Made by a program: the position numbers and the translations under genes
Notes under the pieces: model-generated
What the model was told of the DNA's origin: nothing
Seen by the model: the letters and a program-made list of their open reading frames with translations, nothing else
The model's database searches: none
Virus record (IMG/VR): IMGVR_UViG_3300006217_002764
Direction: 5' to 3' (one strand)
Length of the DNA stretch: 64,000 bases
Origin: a virus
Lineage: Duplodnaviria; Heunggongvirae; Uroviricota; Caudoviricetes
In this document: piece by piece, positions 45,849 through 55,475 of the stretch
How the letters are laid out: each line of letters opens with the position of its first letter
Position numbering within the stretch: position 1 is the stretch's first letter

Positions 45849-45898
45849 CCTCTGCAAATCTATGTACATCTCCTTGTTTTGGATCATCGGTATGCGGA

Positions 45899-46309
45899 TC
45901 AATCGACGCGAATACGTGTGTATGGTGCGAGCTCCGGCAAGGCATGGGTGGTAAAACCTTGGGCTGCCACAGCAGTGGTGTATGCCTGCATGTGTTTGTC
46001 GATGATCCATGTGCGGCCTTCCCTGTCCTTCCATAGTCCGGGGGTGTCGGGCATGCCGGGCTCCGGTGTTGGTGTGGCGGTTGTGGAGCGTTTGATTTTG
46101 ACAATGTGGTAGAGGGCGTCCGCTATGGGGTAGATGCGCCTGTCGGAAGCTCCGAGCATGTCCTGCACTCCCAGGGGGAAGAACAGGACGGTGAACCGGA
46201 TGCGTTTGTGTCGCCACCGTAGGGTCACTTTGTCCCCGGTGCGCACCATGGCGAACAGGTCATGTTGCGAGGCGTGTTCGGGCAGGGGGATGGTCGTCCA
46301 TCGGGTCAT
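45899..46309 (-). CDS. hypothetical protein (paralog family with 46584..47075, shared GLWxDxxGxxWxxD motif)
   Basis: 136-aa ORF with motif PGLWKDREGRTWIID. Confidence 0.5.
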   Translation of the reverse strand: MTRWTTIPLPEHASQHDLFAMVRTGDKVTLRWRHKRIRFTVLFFPLGVQDMLGASDRRIYPIADALYHIVKIKRSTTATPTPEPGMPDTPGLWKDREGRTWIIDKHMQAYTTAVAAQGFTTHALPELAPYTRIRVD

Positions 46310-46587
46310 GGCTGTACCTCATTGTTCGGGATTGGCGTGTATACGGCTAGCAGATCGTACGCCATGATGTCGTTTTCGTTGAAGTCCACGGCGCAACGCA
46401 CGCCTTCATGGTCGCGACCGGTGAAGGACCATGTGCCGGCTCCGGAGTATGTGCGGCGGACTTCGAACGCTTGGATGTCAGTTGGGTCGTAGTGATCGCA
46501 TGTAACGATCAGATCGTTCACGTTGATCGTCCCGTAGTCGAATCCTTCGGATAGGTCGAGGCTTTCGTATCCTCGTGGTGCTCTCAT
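46306..46587 (-). CDS. hypothetical protein
   Basis: 93-aa ORF with an overlapping start. Confidence 0.4.
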   Translation of the reverse strand: MRAPRGYESLDLSEGFDYGTINVNDLIVTCDHYDPTDIQAFEVRRTYSGAGTWSFTGRDHEGVRCAVDFNENDIMAYDLLAVYTPIPNNEVQP

Positions 46588-47075
46588 GCTTCCTCCTTGC
46601 TGGTGGTGTCTAGGATTGTGGTGAGTTTCGTAAACGGCGCGTACGGGGCGTAGTCAGGGCAAAGGGCAACCAATCCGAGATATGTCCACGCGCCGCAACC
46701 CCACACGATTCGCGCTGCGAGAGTTGGGTCGACGACCCAAATATTTCCCTTGGAGTCCTCCCACAGACCCTGCGAGTCGGGGAGCATGTTCTCCACCGGG
46801 CGTTTGATGGACGTGATCTCATAGAGGTACGGCGGTTTGCCATTTGGTGTTTTGATGAGGTAGTCCCTCTCATCGCCCATCACGTTGACGGTCACGATGT
46901 TCCTGCCAAGCCAACGGACTGTGCCGGTTATTTTGACGCTTTCCGACTTGTCCCCGTTCTGCCGCAGTAGTGTCACGATGTCACCGACGTTGAGCATGGC
47001 GCGCAGTTCCTTGTGCGCACCCGAGTATTTCACGCACTTCCTGTTGCCGATATAACTGTGCTTGCTGGTAATCAT
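46584..47075 (-). CDS. hypothetical protein (paralog of 45899..46309)
   Basis: QGLWEDSKGNIWVVD motif shared with the paralog. Confidence 0.5.
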   Translation of the reverse strand: MITSKHSYIGNRKCVKYSGAHKELRAMLNVGDIVTLLRQNGDKSESVKITGTVRWLGRNIVTVNVMGDERDYLIKTPNGKPPYLYEITSIKRPVENMLPDSQGLWEDSKGNIWVVDPTLAARIVWGCGAWTYLGLVALCPDYAPYAPFTKLTTILDTTSKEEA

Positions 47076-47473
47076 GATTCCTCCTGCGATGAATGAGGCT
47101 CGCTATCACTGATCGGCGTGAGTTCCCTGCCGGTGGCGTTGTATACAAGGCGCCAATGTTCGGTTGTGCAACAGTCCGGCAAGGGTTGGAATCTGCCGAT
47201 ATGGCAGTCTTTGCGAAATTGGTTCAAATAGAATCGTTGTGTGACGGTGATGCTGTGCCCCGGCAGCAGGGTCGCTTGCAACAGGTCCGGCAGGCCTTCC
47301 GGGACCGTGGCGCCGCAGATGCGCAAGGTGAACCCGCTCACGGGGTAGATCTCTATGGCTTCGGTTGAATCGTTGTGGACGCGGTAGCGTAATTCCATCA
47401 TGCCGCCCGACCATCCGTCCAAACGGATATGGTCAATCCGCGCCTTATCGGTCTGGATGGGTGGGAACGCCAA
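47072..47473 (-). CDS. hypothetical protein
   Basis: 133-aa ORF. Confidence 0.45.
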   Translation of the reverse strand: MAFPPIQTDKARIDHIRLDGWSGGMMELRYRVHNDSTEAIEIYPVSGFTLRICGATVPEGLPDLLQATLLPGHSITVTQRFYLNQFRKDCHIGRFQPLPDCCTTEHWRLVYNATGRELTPISDSEPHSSQEES

Positions 47474-47599
47474 AGGCAGGCCGAGTTTTGTGACATGCTC
47501 TCCCCGCTTATAGAAGCGGGGGCTTCCTGCTCAAGAACCCTGACGGATTCAGTGTCAACAGGCTATCCCCGTATGCCCTACGGTTCATGATGTGTTCGG

Positions 47600-48790
47600 T
47601 TATGAGTCGTGCGGATCGCTAACGATACGTTCGGCTTCGTTTCGTATGTTCAGCGCGGCGTTCACATCCCGATCGTGGAGAGTACCGCACTGCGGGCATG
47701 CCCATTCACGTATGGACAGGTCCTTTACCGCACGATTGCGGTATCCGCACGTATGGCATAGTTGGCTGGACGGGTACCATGCGTCCACTCGGATGAATTG
47801 TTTTCCGGCGTGTTCGAGCTTGTAGCGCAACAGGTCGCAGAACATGCCATACCCGTTGTCGAGCGTGCTTTTCGCCAGCCCGCTTTTCGCTGTGCGCCCG
47901 TTCGGTAGATACCTGTTCGGGTCGTGCGGGTCGGTTTTGGGTTTCGGCCTGCGCGTCATACCTTGCAGATTCAAGCTCTCCACGGCGATGGCGTCACAGC
48001 TCGCGACGAGTTTGTTCGCGGTCTTGTGTTGGAAGTCCCGACGACGATTCGCTGTCTTTTCGAACAGGCGGGCGACTCGTATGCGTTGTTTCCTCCAATT
48101 GGCCGAGCCTTTCACCATATGTGCCAGGCGACGTTGCTCGCGCGCCAAGCGTGGTTCCATGTCACGGTAGTATCCGGGGTATTGGGCGTGTTCGCCTTCG
48201 CTGGACACATACAGGCCGTGGGATGCGTAGTCCAGTCCGATGATGTGCGCGGGCGGTGTCGGGTCAGGCATTTGGTTCTCATGCTCGAACAGCACCGTCA
48301 CGATGTACCTGTCGGATCGGGTGTGTTCCACGGTCGCTGATTTGAGTTTCCAGTCGGCGGGAATGTGTTTGTGTTGACGGACGGTGACCCATCCCAGTTT
48401 CGGTAGTCGTAGCCTCCTTGCGTTGTCGGACAGGCGGATGCTGTTGTTGATCGAGTTGGTGGTGTATGCGGCTTTCGAGTGATGCTTCGACTTGTATTTC
48501 GGGAACCCCGCGTGCTTATGGTCGAAGAAGTTCCGGTATGCCTTTTGCAGGGCGAGTTGCGCGTTGCACAACGCCATGCTGTCCACTTCGCGCAGGAACG
48601 GGTATGCGTCCTTGTACATGGCGGGTGTGGGATTGCATGATTCCCACGTGGTCTGATAGTGCGCGATGCGGGTTTCGAGCATGAGGTTGTACACGAACCG
48701 GGTGCAGCCGATGGTGCGGTCGATCATGGCCGCCTGTTCCCGGGTGGGGTATGCGCGGAACCTGACGGCGGTGTGCTGTGTGATGTTCAT
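47600..48790 (-). CDS. tnpB: TnpB (IS605 OrfB, RuvC-like plus zinc finger)
   Basis: N-terminus AVRFRAYPTREQAAMIDRTIGCTRFVYNLML. RuvC motifs IGLDYA, AVESLNLQGM and DVNAALNI. Zinc finger CHTCGY...CPQCG. Confidence 0.8.
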   Translation of the reverse strand: MNITQHTAVRFRAYPTREQAAMIDRTIGCTRFVYNLMLETRIAHYQTTWESCNPTPAMYKDAYPFLREVDSMALCNAQLALQKAYRNFFDHKHAGFPKYKSKHHSKAAYTTNSINNSIRLSDNARRLRLPKLGWVTVRQHKHIPADWKLKSATVEHTRSDRYIVTVLFEHENQMPDPTPPAHIIGLDYASHGLYVSSEGEHAQYPGYYRDMEPRLAREQRRLAHMVKGSANWRKQRIRVARLFEKTANRRRDFQHKTANKLVASCDAIAVESLNLQGMTRRPKPKTDPHDPNRYLPNGRTAKSGLAKSTLDNGYGMFCDLLRYKLEHAGKQFIRVDAWYPSSQLCHTCGYRNRAVKDLSIREWACPQCGTLHDRDVNAALNIRNEAERIVSDPHDS

Positions 48791-49218
48791 ACGTCGCGTT
48801 CCTTGCCTTGGTTTTCGATGTAGCGGCGTATCACTTCGATGGGTGCGCCTCCCGTGGTGAGCAGGCAGAAGCTGCGGCTCCAGAAGTATTCGCGCCACAG
48901 TTTCTTGCGTATTTGCGGATACTCCTGTTTAAGCAGGCGTGAGCTGGCGCTTTTGTACGCGTTGATGAACTTCGACAACTCGCTCTTGGGTTGGGCGCGG
49001 AACAGGACGTGCACGTGGTCGAGGTCATGGTTCCATTCCTCGACGGTTATCCCGTACTTGGGTGCGATGTACTCGAAGATTTCCCGCGCGCGAGCGGAGA
49101 TTTCGTCGTCGAACACTTTGCGCCGGTATTTCGTGACGAGCACGAGATGATAATGCATGAGGAACACCGAATGATGATTCGACTCCAGTTTCACTACTAT
49201 CACCTCGCTTTCAAGCAT
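48787..49218 (-). CDS. tnpA: IS200-type Y1 HUH transposase
   Basis: HUH motifs HYHLVLV and HVHVLF, plus the catalytic Tyr region. ATGA overlap with tnpB. Confidence 0.8.
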   Translation of the reverse strand: MLESEVIVVKLESNHHSVFLMHYHLVLVTKYRRKVFDDEISARAREIFEYIAPKYGITVEEWNHDLDHVHVLFRAQPKSELSKFINAYKSASSRLLKQEYPQIRKKLWREYFWSRSFCLLTTGGAPIEVIRRYIENQGKERDV

Positions 49219-49463
49219 GTACGACTGATAATGATTCTACCATATGTCGCACGCCGATTCATCCCCCGCCTACGCTCCCGCTAAGAGGCGGGGGAATCCT
49301 CGGCGCCACCGTTGAAGGATTTCGCACCATTCCATCCGGTCAACGTGCAATACCGTCCACTGGGCGACACCACTGCCGAATGGCAGGACGCGACCGAGGA
49401 CATGGCAATGAGATGGTGACTGACCAATAACCGACCACAAACACTACCAGAAAGAATCCGGCC

Positions 49464-50192
49464 ATGAAAACATGGGAAGCCCCGATGGAAGACGAGAACG
49501 GAACCATTCTCAACCGGTACATCATCACTGAATGCGAGAGCGTGGACGATGTCCTCAGCCTTGACGCAACCGTGGAGGGACAGCGGTTGCAACGTGCGTT
49601 GACGGCACCTCATATCAGTGACATCGATGAATGGTTATGGGATTTGGAAGACAATCAGGATCCCGACGCCCTCCGCCCGGATGAGGTCGTGTTCCTCGAC
49701 GACGAGCATACGTGGTACCACGTCAAGGGATCCGGCCTATGCCTCGCGAACGGTTGCTCAGCGGAATATTGGCTGCCATACATGTTCACGGACGAGAATC
49801 GTTGGGAAACGTTCTACCTCGACCGTGACCACAGTAAACTGTTTCATTCCGGGATGCCGAGACTGTGGACAATGAACCCGTCCGCATTCATGCCCTGCAA
49901 CGATTGGCAGGAAGGATACACCGTCGCCAATCCAGAAAGACCCGCTTCCGTCTACGGTCAGCAAGACCCGTTTATCCAAGGACGCACCCCTGATGACGCG
50001 TTAATCTTCCATCAGGGCGATTCCGCCTCACCTGAAGATTGTTGTCGGGACGATTCTGTGTCAGTGTCCCTCGCGCAATACCAGAAAATATTGCGCGAGT
50101 ACGCGCCGTTCGAAGCGGTGGAGCTACGCTACCACCCCAAGAACAACACGGATGCCGGATGGACGGACATGGAACCCGCCAAGGAGGAATGA
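49464..50192 (+). CDS. hypothetical protein (paralog of 50958..51607)
   Basis: Shared blocks VDDVLSLDATVEG, VVFLDDEHTWYHVKGSGLC and SLAQYQKILREYAPF. Confidence 0.5.
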   Translation: MKTWEAPMEDENGTILNRYIITECESVDDVLSLDATVEGQRLQRALTAPHISDIDEWLWDLEDNQDPDALRPDEVVFLDDEHTWYHVKGSGLCLANGCSAEYWLPYMFTDENRWETFYLDRDHSKLFHSGMPRLWTMNPSAFMPCNDWQEGYTVANPERPASVYGQQDPFIQGRTPDDALIFHQGDSASPEDCCRDDSVSVSLAQYQKILREYAPFEAVELRYHPKNNTDAGWTDMEPAKEE

Positions 50193-50665
50193 TGAGCGCA
50201 AGAAACAAGCCAGACAACCTTGAGCAACCCGTCGTTTACAAGTGTGAGGATTGCAGCAAGCCCACGCACACCTGTGCCTGCGGGCACTGCCACAACCACA
50301 TATGGCGGTGCCTACGATGTGGTAGGAAACTCTGCGCGGAATGCGATTTCACCTTCGACGGCCTTTGCGGGGAATGCTACCGCAAGCCGGAACAAGAACT
50401 CACCTACCGGCAGCTCGCCTTCGATTCCTACCATGCCAACCACCGACTGCTCAGAAACCTCATAGAGATCCGGGAACGACACGGCATCAGCCAGGCGGAA
50501 CTCGCCGAACGCATGAACATACCCGTGCAAACCATCATCGGCATCGAGAACGGCTCACTGGAATTCCTGCCATACCTGACCGATTACGCGTTGGAAGTCG
50601 GCGCGCTCGTCGAATACAAGATCACACCATACGACATCACCATAACGGAAGGAGAACGGGAATGA
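50191..50665 (+). CDS. Cys-rich zinc-ribbon plus XRE-type HTH regulator
   Basis: CEDCS...CACGHC...CLRCGRKLCAEC...CGEC, then the HTH RERHGISQAELAERMNIPVQTIIGIENG. Confidence 0.55.
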
Positions 50666-50957
50666 GCGGAGTGGACACGTTCGATGATGCGAAAGCCTGC
50701 GGCTACTACGCCGGATATAGAGGTTGCGAACAGGAGAAGCACCATGACCCGCAGCGTTACGCGTGGGGCAGGGACGATTTCGAACACCAACGCAACACCG
50801 TCCACCATGTCACATGTTCCCCATATACGAACAATCTGGACGTGTATTCGCGTATGCGGCTGTTCTTCCCACCGGTCATCGAGACCAGATTGCTCTGACA
50901 TCGCATATTCCCCAGCGTGCGACCCGCCACCGCCAACCAACAGAAAGGAAACCATTA

Positions 50958-51607
50958 TGAAAACAGTGCAGCAAGAATATTGTGTTTATGTGGGCGATGA
51001 AGAGGAAGAGACCACTCTACCCATCACCATGTGCGAAACCGTTGAGGATGTGCTGAGCCTTGACGCAACCGTGGACAAGGAACGACTACGGCGCGCAATC
51101 GCTCACCCACTCGATGACACAACGATCGAAGCTGACTGGGCCGACGATCTTGCCAATGACCCGGAAGGTGAGGGGATATTGCGACCGGATGAGATGGTGT
51201 TCCTCGACAAGGGCCTGAACTCCTGGTTCGTGAAGGGATCCGGCATGTGCTACGGCTACGACGGCTGCTGCATGGAGGATCTCATCCCCTACTTGTATAA
51301 CAAGCCACGGCGTGAGAACGGTCTGTTGTACACAGACAGGAACAACGACCTTTGGGTAATGGAAAGACCAGTCCTCACGCCGGTCGCGGATCGGGAATGC
51401 TGCCTTGCTGTCGCGGATCCGTTCATTGACATCAACAAAACATGTGATGGAATGTTTTTCCACCGTAAAGATAAAACGTCACCAGACTTTTATCTTTTCG
51501 GCTTCTCCCTTGCGCAATACCAGCATGTGCTGCGCTGTCATGCGCCACTTACCCAAATCGAAGTGGAAGCCCACCCCATGTCATACGACGAATGGCTAAA
51601 CTCCTGA
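50958..51607 (+). CDS. hypothetical protein (paralog of 49464..50192)
   Basis: VEDVLSLDATVDK, MVFLDKGLNSWFVKGSGMC and SLAQYQHVLRCHAPL. Confidence 0.5.
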
Positions 51608-51620
51608 AAGGAAAATCATC

Positions 51621-53087
51621 ATGATTACCGGCACCATCATCGCAGCGGTCGCTGTATTGCTGCTCATCATCCTTCTCTGCATGGGGTACGTGTCCGCGCC
51701 CCCGAACAAGGCGATCATCATCACCGGGTTGGGCAAGCAACGCACCCTGATCGGACGGGCGGGGTGGATGATCCCGTTCTTGGAGAAGAAATCCTATCTG
51801 GACATCGAACAGTTCAACGTGGATGTCGTCACTTCTGATTTCGTACCCACGCTCGATTTTATCAATGTGAAAGCCGACGCCGTGGTGAAAGCCAAGATCG
51901 GCACCACGCCGGACATGATCGCCGCGGCAGCACAGAATTTCCTCGGCTGGAAGACCAAAGACATCGCCGACTCCGTGCGTGACGTGCTGGAAGGCAACCT
52001 ACGTGAGATCATTGGCAAAATGGATTTGAAAGCCATGGTCAACGACCGGCAGCAGTTCGCCGAACAGGTGCAGGACAACGCGGCGCCGGACTTGGCGAAG
52101 ATGGGTTTGCAGATCATCGCGTTCACCGTGCAATCATTCAAGGACGATTCGGACGCGATCAGGAACCTCGGCATCGACAACATCGTCACTATCCAGAAGG
52201 ACGCGGCCAACGCGAAAGCGAAAGCGGAACGGGAGATGGCCGAGGTCAAAGCCGCGCAACAGCAGGCCGCGAACGAAGCACAGGTGGCGTCCGACTTGGA
52301 GATCGCGCAGAAGCAGAACGATCTCGCCATCCGCAAGGCCGAGCTCAAAAAGCAATCCGACGTGGAACAGGCACGCGCCGACGCCGCCTACGACATCGAA
52401 CAACAGAACCAGCGCAAGGAGATCGAACGCACCACGGCGGAAGCTGAAATCGTCAAACAGACGAAACAGGCCGAAGTCAAGGAACGCGAGGTGAGCGTCA
52501 AGGAGCAGGAGCTCAACGCGACCGTGCGCAAACAGGCCGAGGCCGACAAGTACGCCGCCCAACAGAAGGCCGAAGCCCAGCTGATCGAACGGCAACGCCA
52601 AGCGGACGCGGAACTTTACGAAGCCCAGCAGAACGCCGAGAAGCAGAAGGCGGAAGCCGAGGCGGCCCGCTACGCCGCCGAGCAGGAAGCGGCAGGCGTC
52701 GCGGCGAAGGGTGAAGCCGAAGCGTCCGCGATCCAAGCGCGCCTCAACGCGGAAGCCGAAGGTCTGTCCAAGAAAGCGGATGCGATGAAGAAATACGGCG
52801 AAGCCGCCATCATGCAGATGCTTGTCGAAGCATTGCCTGAGGTCGCTAAGAACGTTGCCGCCCCATTGGCGAATGTGGACACGATCACCATGTACGGCGA
52901 AGGCAACGGCGCGCAGATGGTTAGCGACATCATGACCACCATGAGCAAAGTCAGTGAGGGCATGGGGTTGAACATCCCCGAACTGTTGCAAGCCACTCTC
53001 ACCGGACGTGCAGCAGGCAACGCGATCGGTCAGGAACTCACGGACACAAAAACCACGCCCACGCCGACAGGGAATCTGGCGAACTGA
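51621..53087 (+). CDS. flotillin-like SPFH/band-7 membrane protein
   Basis: N-terminal TM helix, SPFH domain, then a long Ala/Glu/Lys-rich coiled-coil (flotillin EA repeats). Confidence 0.7.
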   Translation: MITGTIIAAVAVLLLIILLCMGYVSAPPNKAIIITGLGKQRTLIGRAGWMIPFLEKKSYLDIEQFNVDVVTSDFVPTLDFINVKADAVVKAKIGTTPDMIAAAAQNFLGWKTKDIADSVRDVLEGNLREIIGKMDLKAMVNDRQQFAEQVQDNAAPDLAKMGLQIIAFTVQSFKDDSDAIRNLGIDNIVTIQKDAANAKAKAEREMAEVKAAQQQAANEAQVASDLEIAQKQNDLAIRKAELKKQSDVEQARADAAYDIEQQNQRKEIERTTAEAEIVKQTKQAEVKEREVSVKEQELNATVRKQAEADKYAAQQKAEAQLIERQRQADAELYEAQQNAEKQKAEAEAARYAAEQEAAGVAAKGEAEASAIQARLNAEAEGLSKKADAMKKYGEAAIMQMLVEALPEVAKNVAAPLANVDTITMYGEGNGAQMVSDIMTTMSKVSEGMGLNIPELLQATLTGRAAGNAIGQELTDTKTTPTPTGNLAN

Positions 53088-53232
53088 TACCCTTCCCCAT
53101 TGAGCTGATTGGGGGCATGCCTTTTCGGTATGCCCCCAATCTTATTTGGCATGTTACTCAACCGATGCTGAGATGCACCGTTGGTCCATGCAGATAACGG
53201 TCTTATTGCCATTCCGGCATGCCAGACTGTCG

Positions 53233-53442
53233 TCATTGGCTTGTCACCCCAATGCCTAATGCGACTATAGCGGTGATGAAACAGCTGGTCGCAAGCACAC
53301 CTGCAACCGTTGCAATGATGCGATAGGGCCGGTCATCACTGATTGACATATTCGACCGGTGTATACAAACCATGCTGAACACGGTCAATCCGATGGCGAA
53401 TACGAGCAGGATGATCGCATACCAAATCCAGCCGTTCACTGT
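53233..53442 (-). CDS. small two-TM membrane protein
   Basis: Probable GTG start. Helices WIWYAIILLVFAIGLTVF and IIATVAGVLATSCFITAIVALGI. Confidence 0.3.
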   Translation of the reverse strand, partial: TVNGWIWYAIILLVFAIGLTVFSMVCIHRSNMSISDDRPYRIIATVAGVLATSCFITAIVALGIGVTSQ

Positions 53443-54116
53443 TCGTCCTCCCGGTGCATGTGGGTGCGCAGGCCTTCGTCGAACATGCCACGCTTCATGT
53501 TCTTGAGGGTGCATTCGGTGTTGGCCAATCCCAGTTCGGCCGTGGTGATGCCGAATGCGGCGCACAAGTTGGTGGTGGTTTGCAACAAGTCGGCGATCTC
53601 ATCGACGAGATCAGCACGGTTGACAAGGGTTTGTCCGTCCATGACTGTGACGGTTCGGATGGTTTCCTTCGTGGCGTCCACGACCTCGGCCGCCTCCTCC
53701 AGCACTTTCAATGCCTGCCATTTGTCCATGCGTTGGTGGGACGGATGGAAGATGGGCCATGTGCCCAACTCCAATGTAGGCAGTGTGTCTATACGCGCCA
53801 AACATTGGTCGCATACGCCCACGCGCATGTCATCATCATCGCGGTCGAACAGCCACCCGGTGAACTCGCTCCGGTCAGCCTGCTCCACATGCCGGCCACA
53901 GGTTTCGCAACTGGCCGTCCAATGCTCGAAGCACCGGCAGTCCCAGTCGGTGTGATACAAATCCGGCCATGCCTGCCAACCGTCGTTGACCGCATCGGCC
54001 GCGGCCTGCTCTTTGTCCGCATACAACCCATACTCGTCGTACCGCAAGCCGCACACCTCGCATTGCGGCATGTAGTATGGTTTGCCATCCTGTTGTTCGA
54101 TATGCCAGCTCGTCAT
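53436..54116 (-). CDS. zinc-ribbon plus MazG-like nucleotide pyrophosphohydrolase
   Basis: N-terminal CEVCG...CETCGRH...CDQC. C-terminal MazG-like helices KWQALKVLEEAAEVVDA ... LVDEIADLLQTTTNLCAAFGIT. Confidence 0.55.
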   Translation of the reverse strand: MTSWHIEQQDGKPYYMPQCEVCGLRYDEYGLYADKEQAAADAVNDGWQAWPDLYHTDWDCRCFEHWTASCETCGRHVEQADRSEFTGWLFDRDDDDMRVGVCDQCLARIDTLPTLELGTWPIFHPSHQRMDKWQALKVLEEAAEVVDATKETIRTVTVMDGQTLVNRADLVDEIADLLQTTTNLCAAFGITTAELGLANTECTLKNMKRGMFDEGLRTHMHREDEQ

Positions 54117-54469
54117 CGGCCACCATCCTTTCCTACTGCCGTGCATTCATCGTCGTGCGCGCATTGCGGACACAGGCCTTCGGGGGTATCGTCCAGAAGC
54201 CATTCGTTGAACAATGTGACAGCGCCTTCCTCGTGCTTGCCGCATTTTGCGCAGTCTGCGATCCAATGGTCATCGCACCGGTGACGTATGATTCCCGTAC
54301 TTTCGTTCAGCCAGACTTGCCAACCGTTGCCTGTCGCCGTTTCATCGGCTTCATCCGCGTCGGGGAACAGGCACGTGTTCTCAATCACATTCCCCGCTGT
54401 TTTGCCGCATACTTCACACCGTGCCCGGTAGTAGAGCGTCTCCGCCCGTAGCTCCATGTCATAGCTCAT
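54113..54469 (-). CDS. Cys-rich zinc-ribbon protein (paralogous to the N-terminus of the MazG-like gene)
   Basis: CEVCGK...CAKCGKH...CPQC repeats. Confidence 0.45.
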   Translation of the reverse strand: MSYDMELRAETLYYRARCEVCGKTAGNVIENTCLFPDADEADETATGNGWQVWLNESTGIIRHRCDDHWIADCAKCGKHEEGAVTLFNEWLLDDTPEGLCPQCAHDDECTAVGKDGGR

Positions 54470-54486
54470 TATTCGCCTTTCCCTCT

Positions 54487-55056
54487 TCACCCGTGGATCG
54501 CATGCCTGGTGAAGTCTCTCCAGCACGTCCATGTGCGGTGTGCGCATTCGATCTGTGGCGTATGTTCCATCAACACATTGGCATGTTCGATGGTTCGCAA
54601 GCGCATAGCCGTGACAGGGCACGCGTACGCATAGTCGTCGAGCAGGAAACGGTACGTGTCCACCAGCCGCCCGTAGGCCGTGTCGATGTTCTCATCGCCT
54701 TGGTGCACGAGGGAGGCGACGCTGTCCAACAGGTCGGCGTAGGCGAACATGACCGCGTCCACCTGCCCGTACTCGTTGAGATCATAATAGGTTTCATCCA
54801 CCCGACATCCAGCTAAAACGTGCACGTCGCCGGTGTCCAAACCGTGTGCGGCCAACATGATCGCCTCCATGACGTCCATGTTCGCTTCCGTCTCGCGCAC
54901 AGTGCCGTCCGCTTCCCGTGACGCGATCTTCACGCCTAGCCAGGAAGGTGTTGCATACCGTTCTTCGCGTATGCTGTCCACCATGATTTCGTGTCCTTTC
55001 TGTGTAGAGTCTGATTGATGGTCGTCGCCAACGTAATCAGTGTGAATCCGATTCAT
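54487..55056 (-). CDS. hypothetical protein
   Basis: Acidic ORF. Start uncertain (MNRIHTD or MVDSIRE). Confidence 0.4.
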   Translation of the reverse strand: MNRIHTDYVGDDHQSDSTQKGHEIMVDSIREERYATPSWLGVKIASREADGTVRETEANMDVMEAIMLAAHGLDTGDVHVLAGCRVDETYYDLNEYGQVDAVMFAYADLLDSVASLVHQGDENIDTAYGRLVDTYRFLLDDYAYACPVTAMRLRTIEHANVLMEHTPQIECAHRTWTCWRDFTRHAIHG

Positions 55057-55237
55057 TTGCCAGTTCCTTGTTGTCTTCTGCCGGATTGTTCTGCAACGCG
55101 TTGATGCGGATGCGAATGCTGTTGATATCCTCGGCGCCACCGTTGAATTGGCGGCGGTCGAGCAGCGCGCATATGACGAATACGGCGATGATCGCTGCTA
55201 GGACAAACCAGCAGCCCATGATGAATGCATTATCCAT
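55037..55237 (-). CDS. small membrane protein
   Basis: 66 aa with one TM helix CWFVLAAIIAVFVICALL. Confidence 0.35.
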   Translation of the reverse strand: MDNAFIMGCWFVLAAIIAVFVICALLDRRQFNGGAEDINSIRIRINALQNNPAEDNKELANESDSH

Positions 55238-55247
55238 GAACGTCTCC

Positions 55248-55475
55248 CTACCGCACCGATGCCAGTAGGATGAGCGTCCATGCCACCCACCATGCGAGCC
55301 CGGTCAATGTGTATGCGCGTCCGCTCAACGTGTCCTTGCCTTGGCGGGTACACCACTGGTCGACGAGGATGCCGGTGGGCAGGGCGCACGCCATGCCGAG
55401 ACCGGACGCGAACCATGCGCACACCACGAATGCCAACATGCGCCCAATGGCGATGAATTCGGGTGTCAGTGTCAT
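55248..55475 (-). CDS. small membrane protein
   Basis: 75 aa with two TM helices. Confidence 0.35.
   Translation of the reverse strand: MTLTPEFIAIGRMLAFVVCAWFASGLGMACALPTGILVDQWCTRQGKDTLSGRAYTLTGLAWWVAWTLILLASVR

Larger units (their letters stand above)
47495..49300 (-). mobile_element. IS200/IS605-family insertion sequence (tnpA Y1-HUH plus tnpB) with subterminal hairpins
   Basis: Hairpin cccccgcctacgctcccgctaagaggcggggg at about 49262-49294, and hairpin ccccgcttatagaagcgggg at about 47502-47525, just beyond the tnpB 3' end. Confidence 0.65.
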
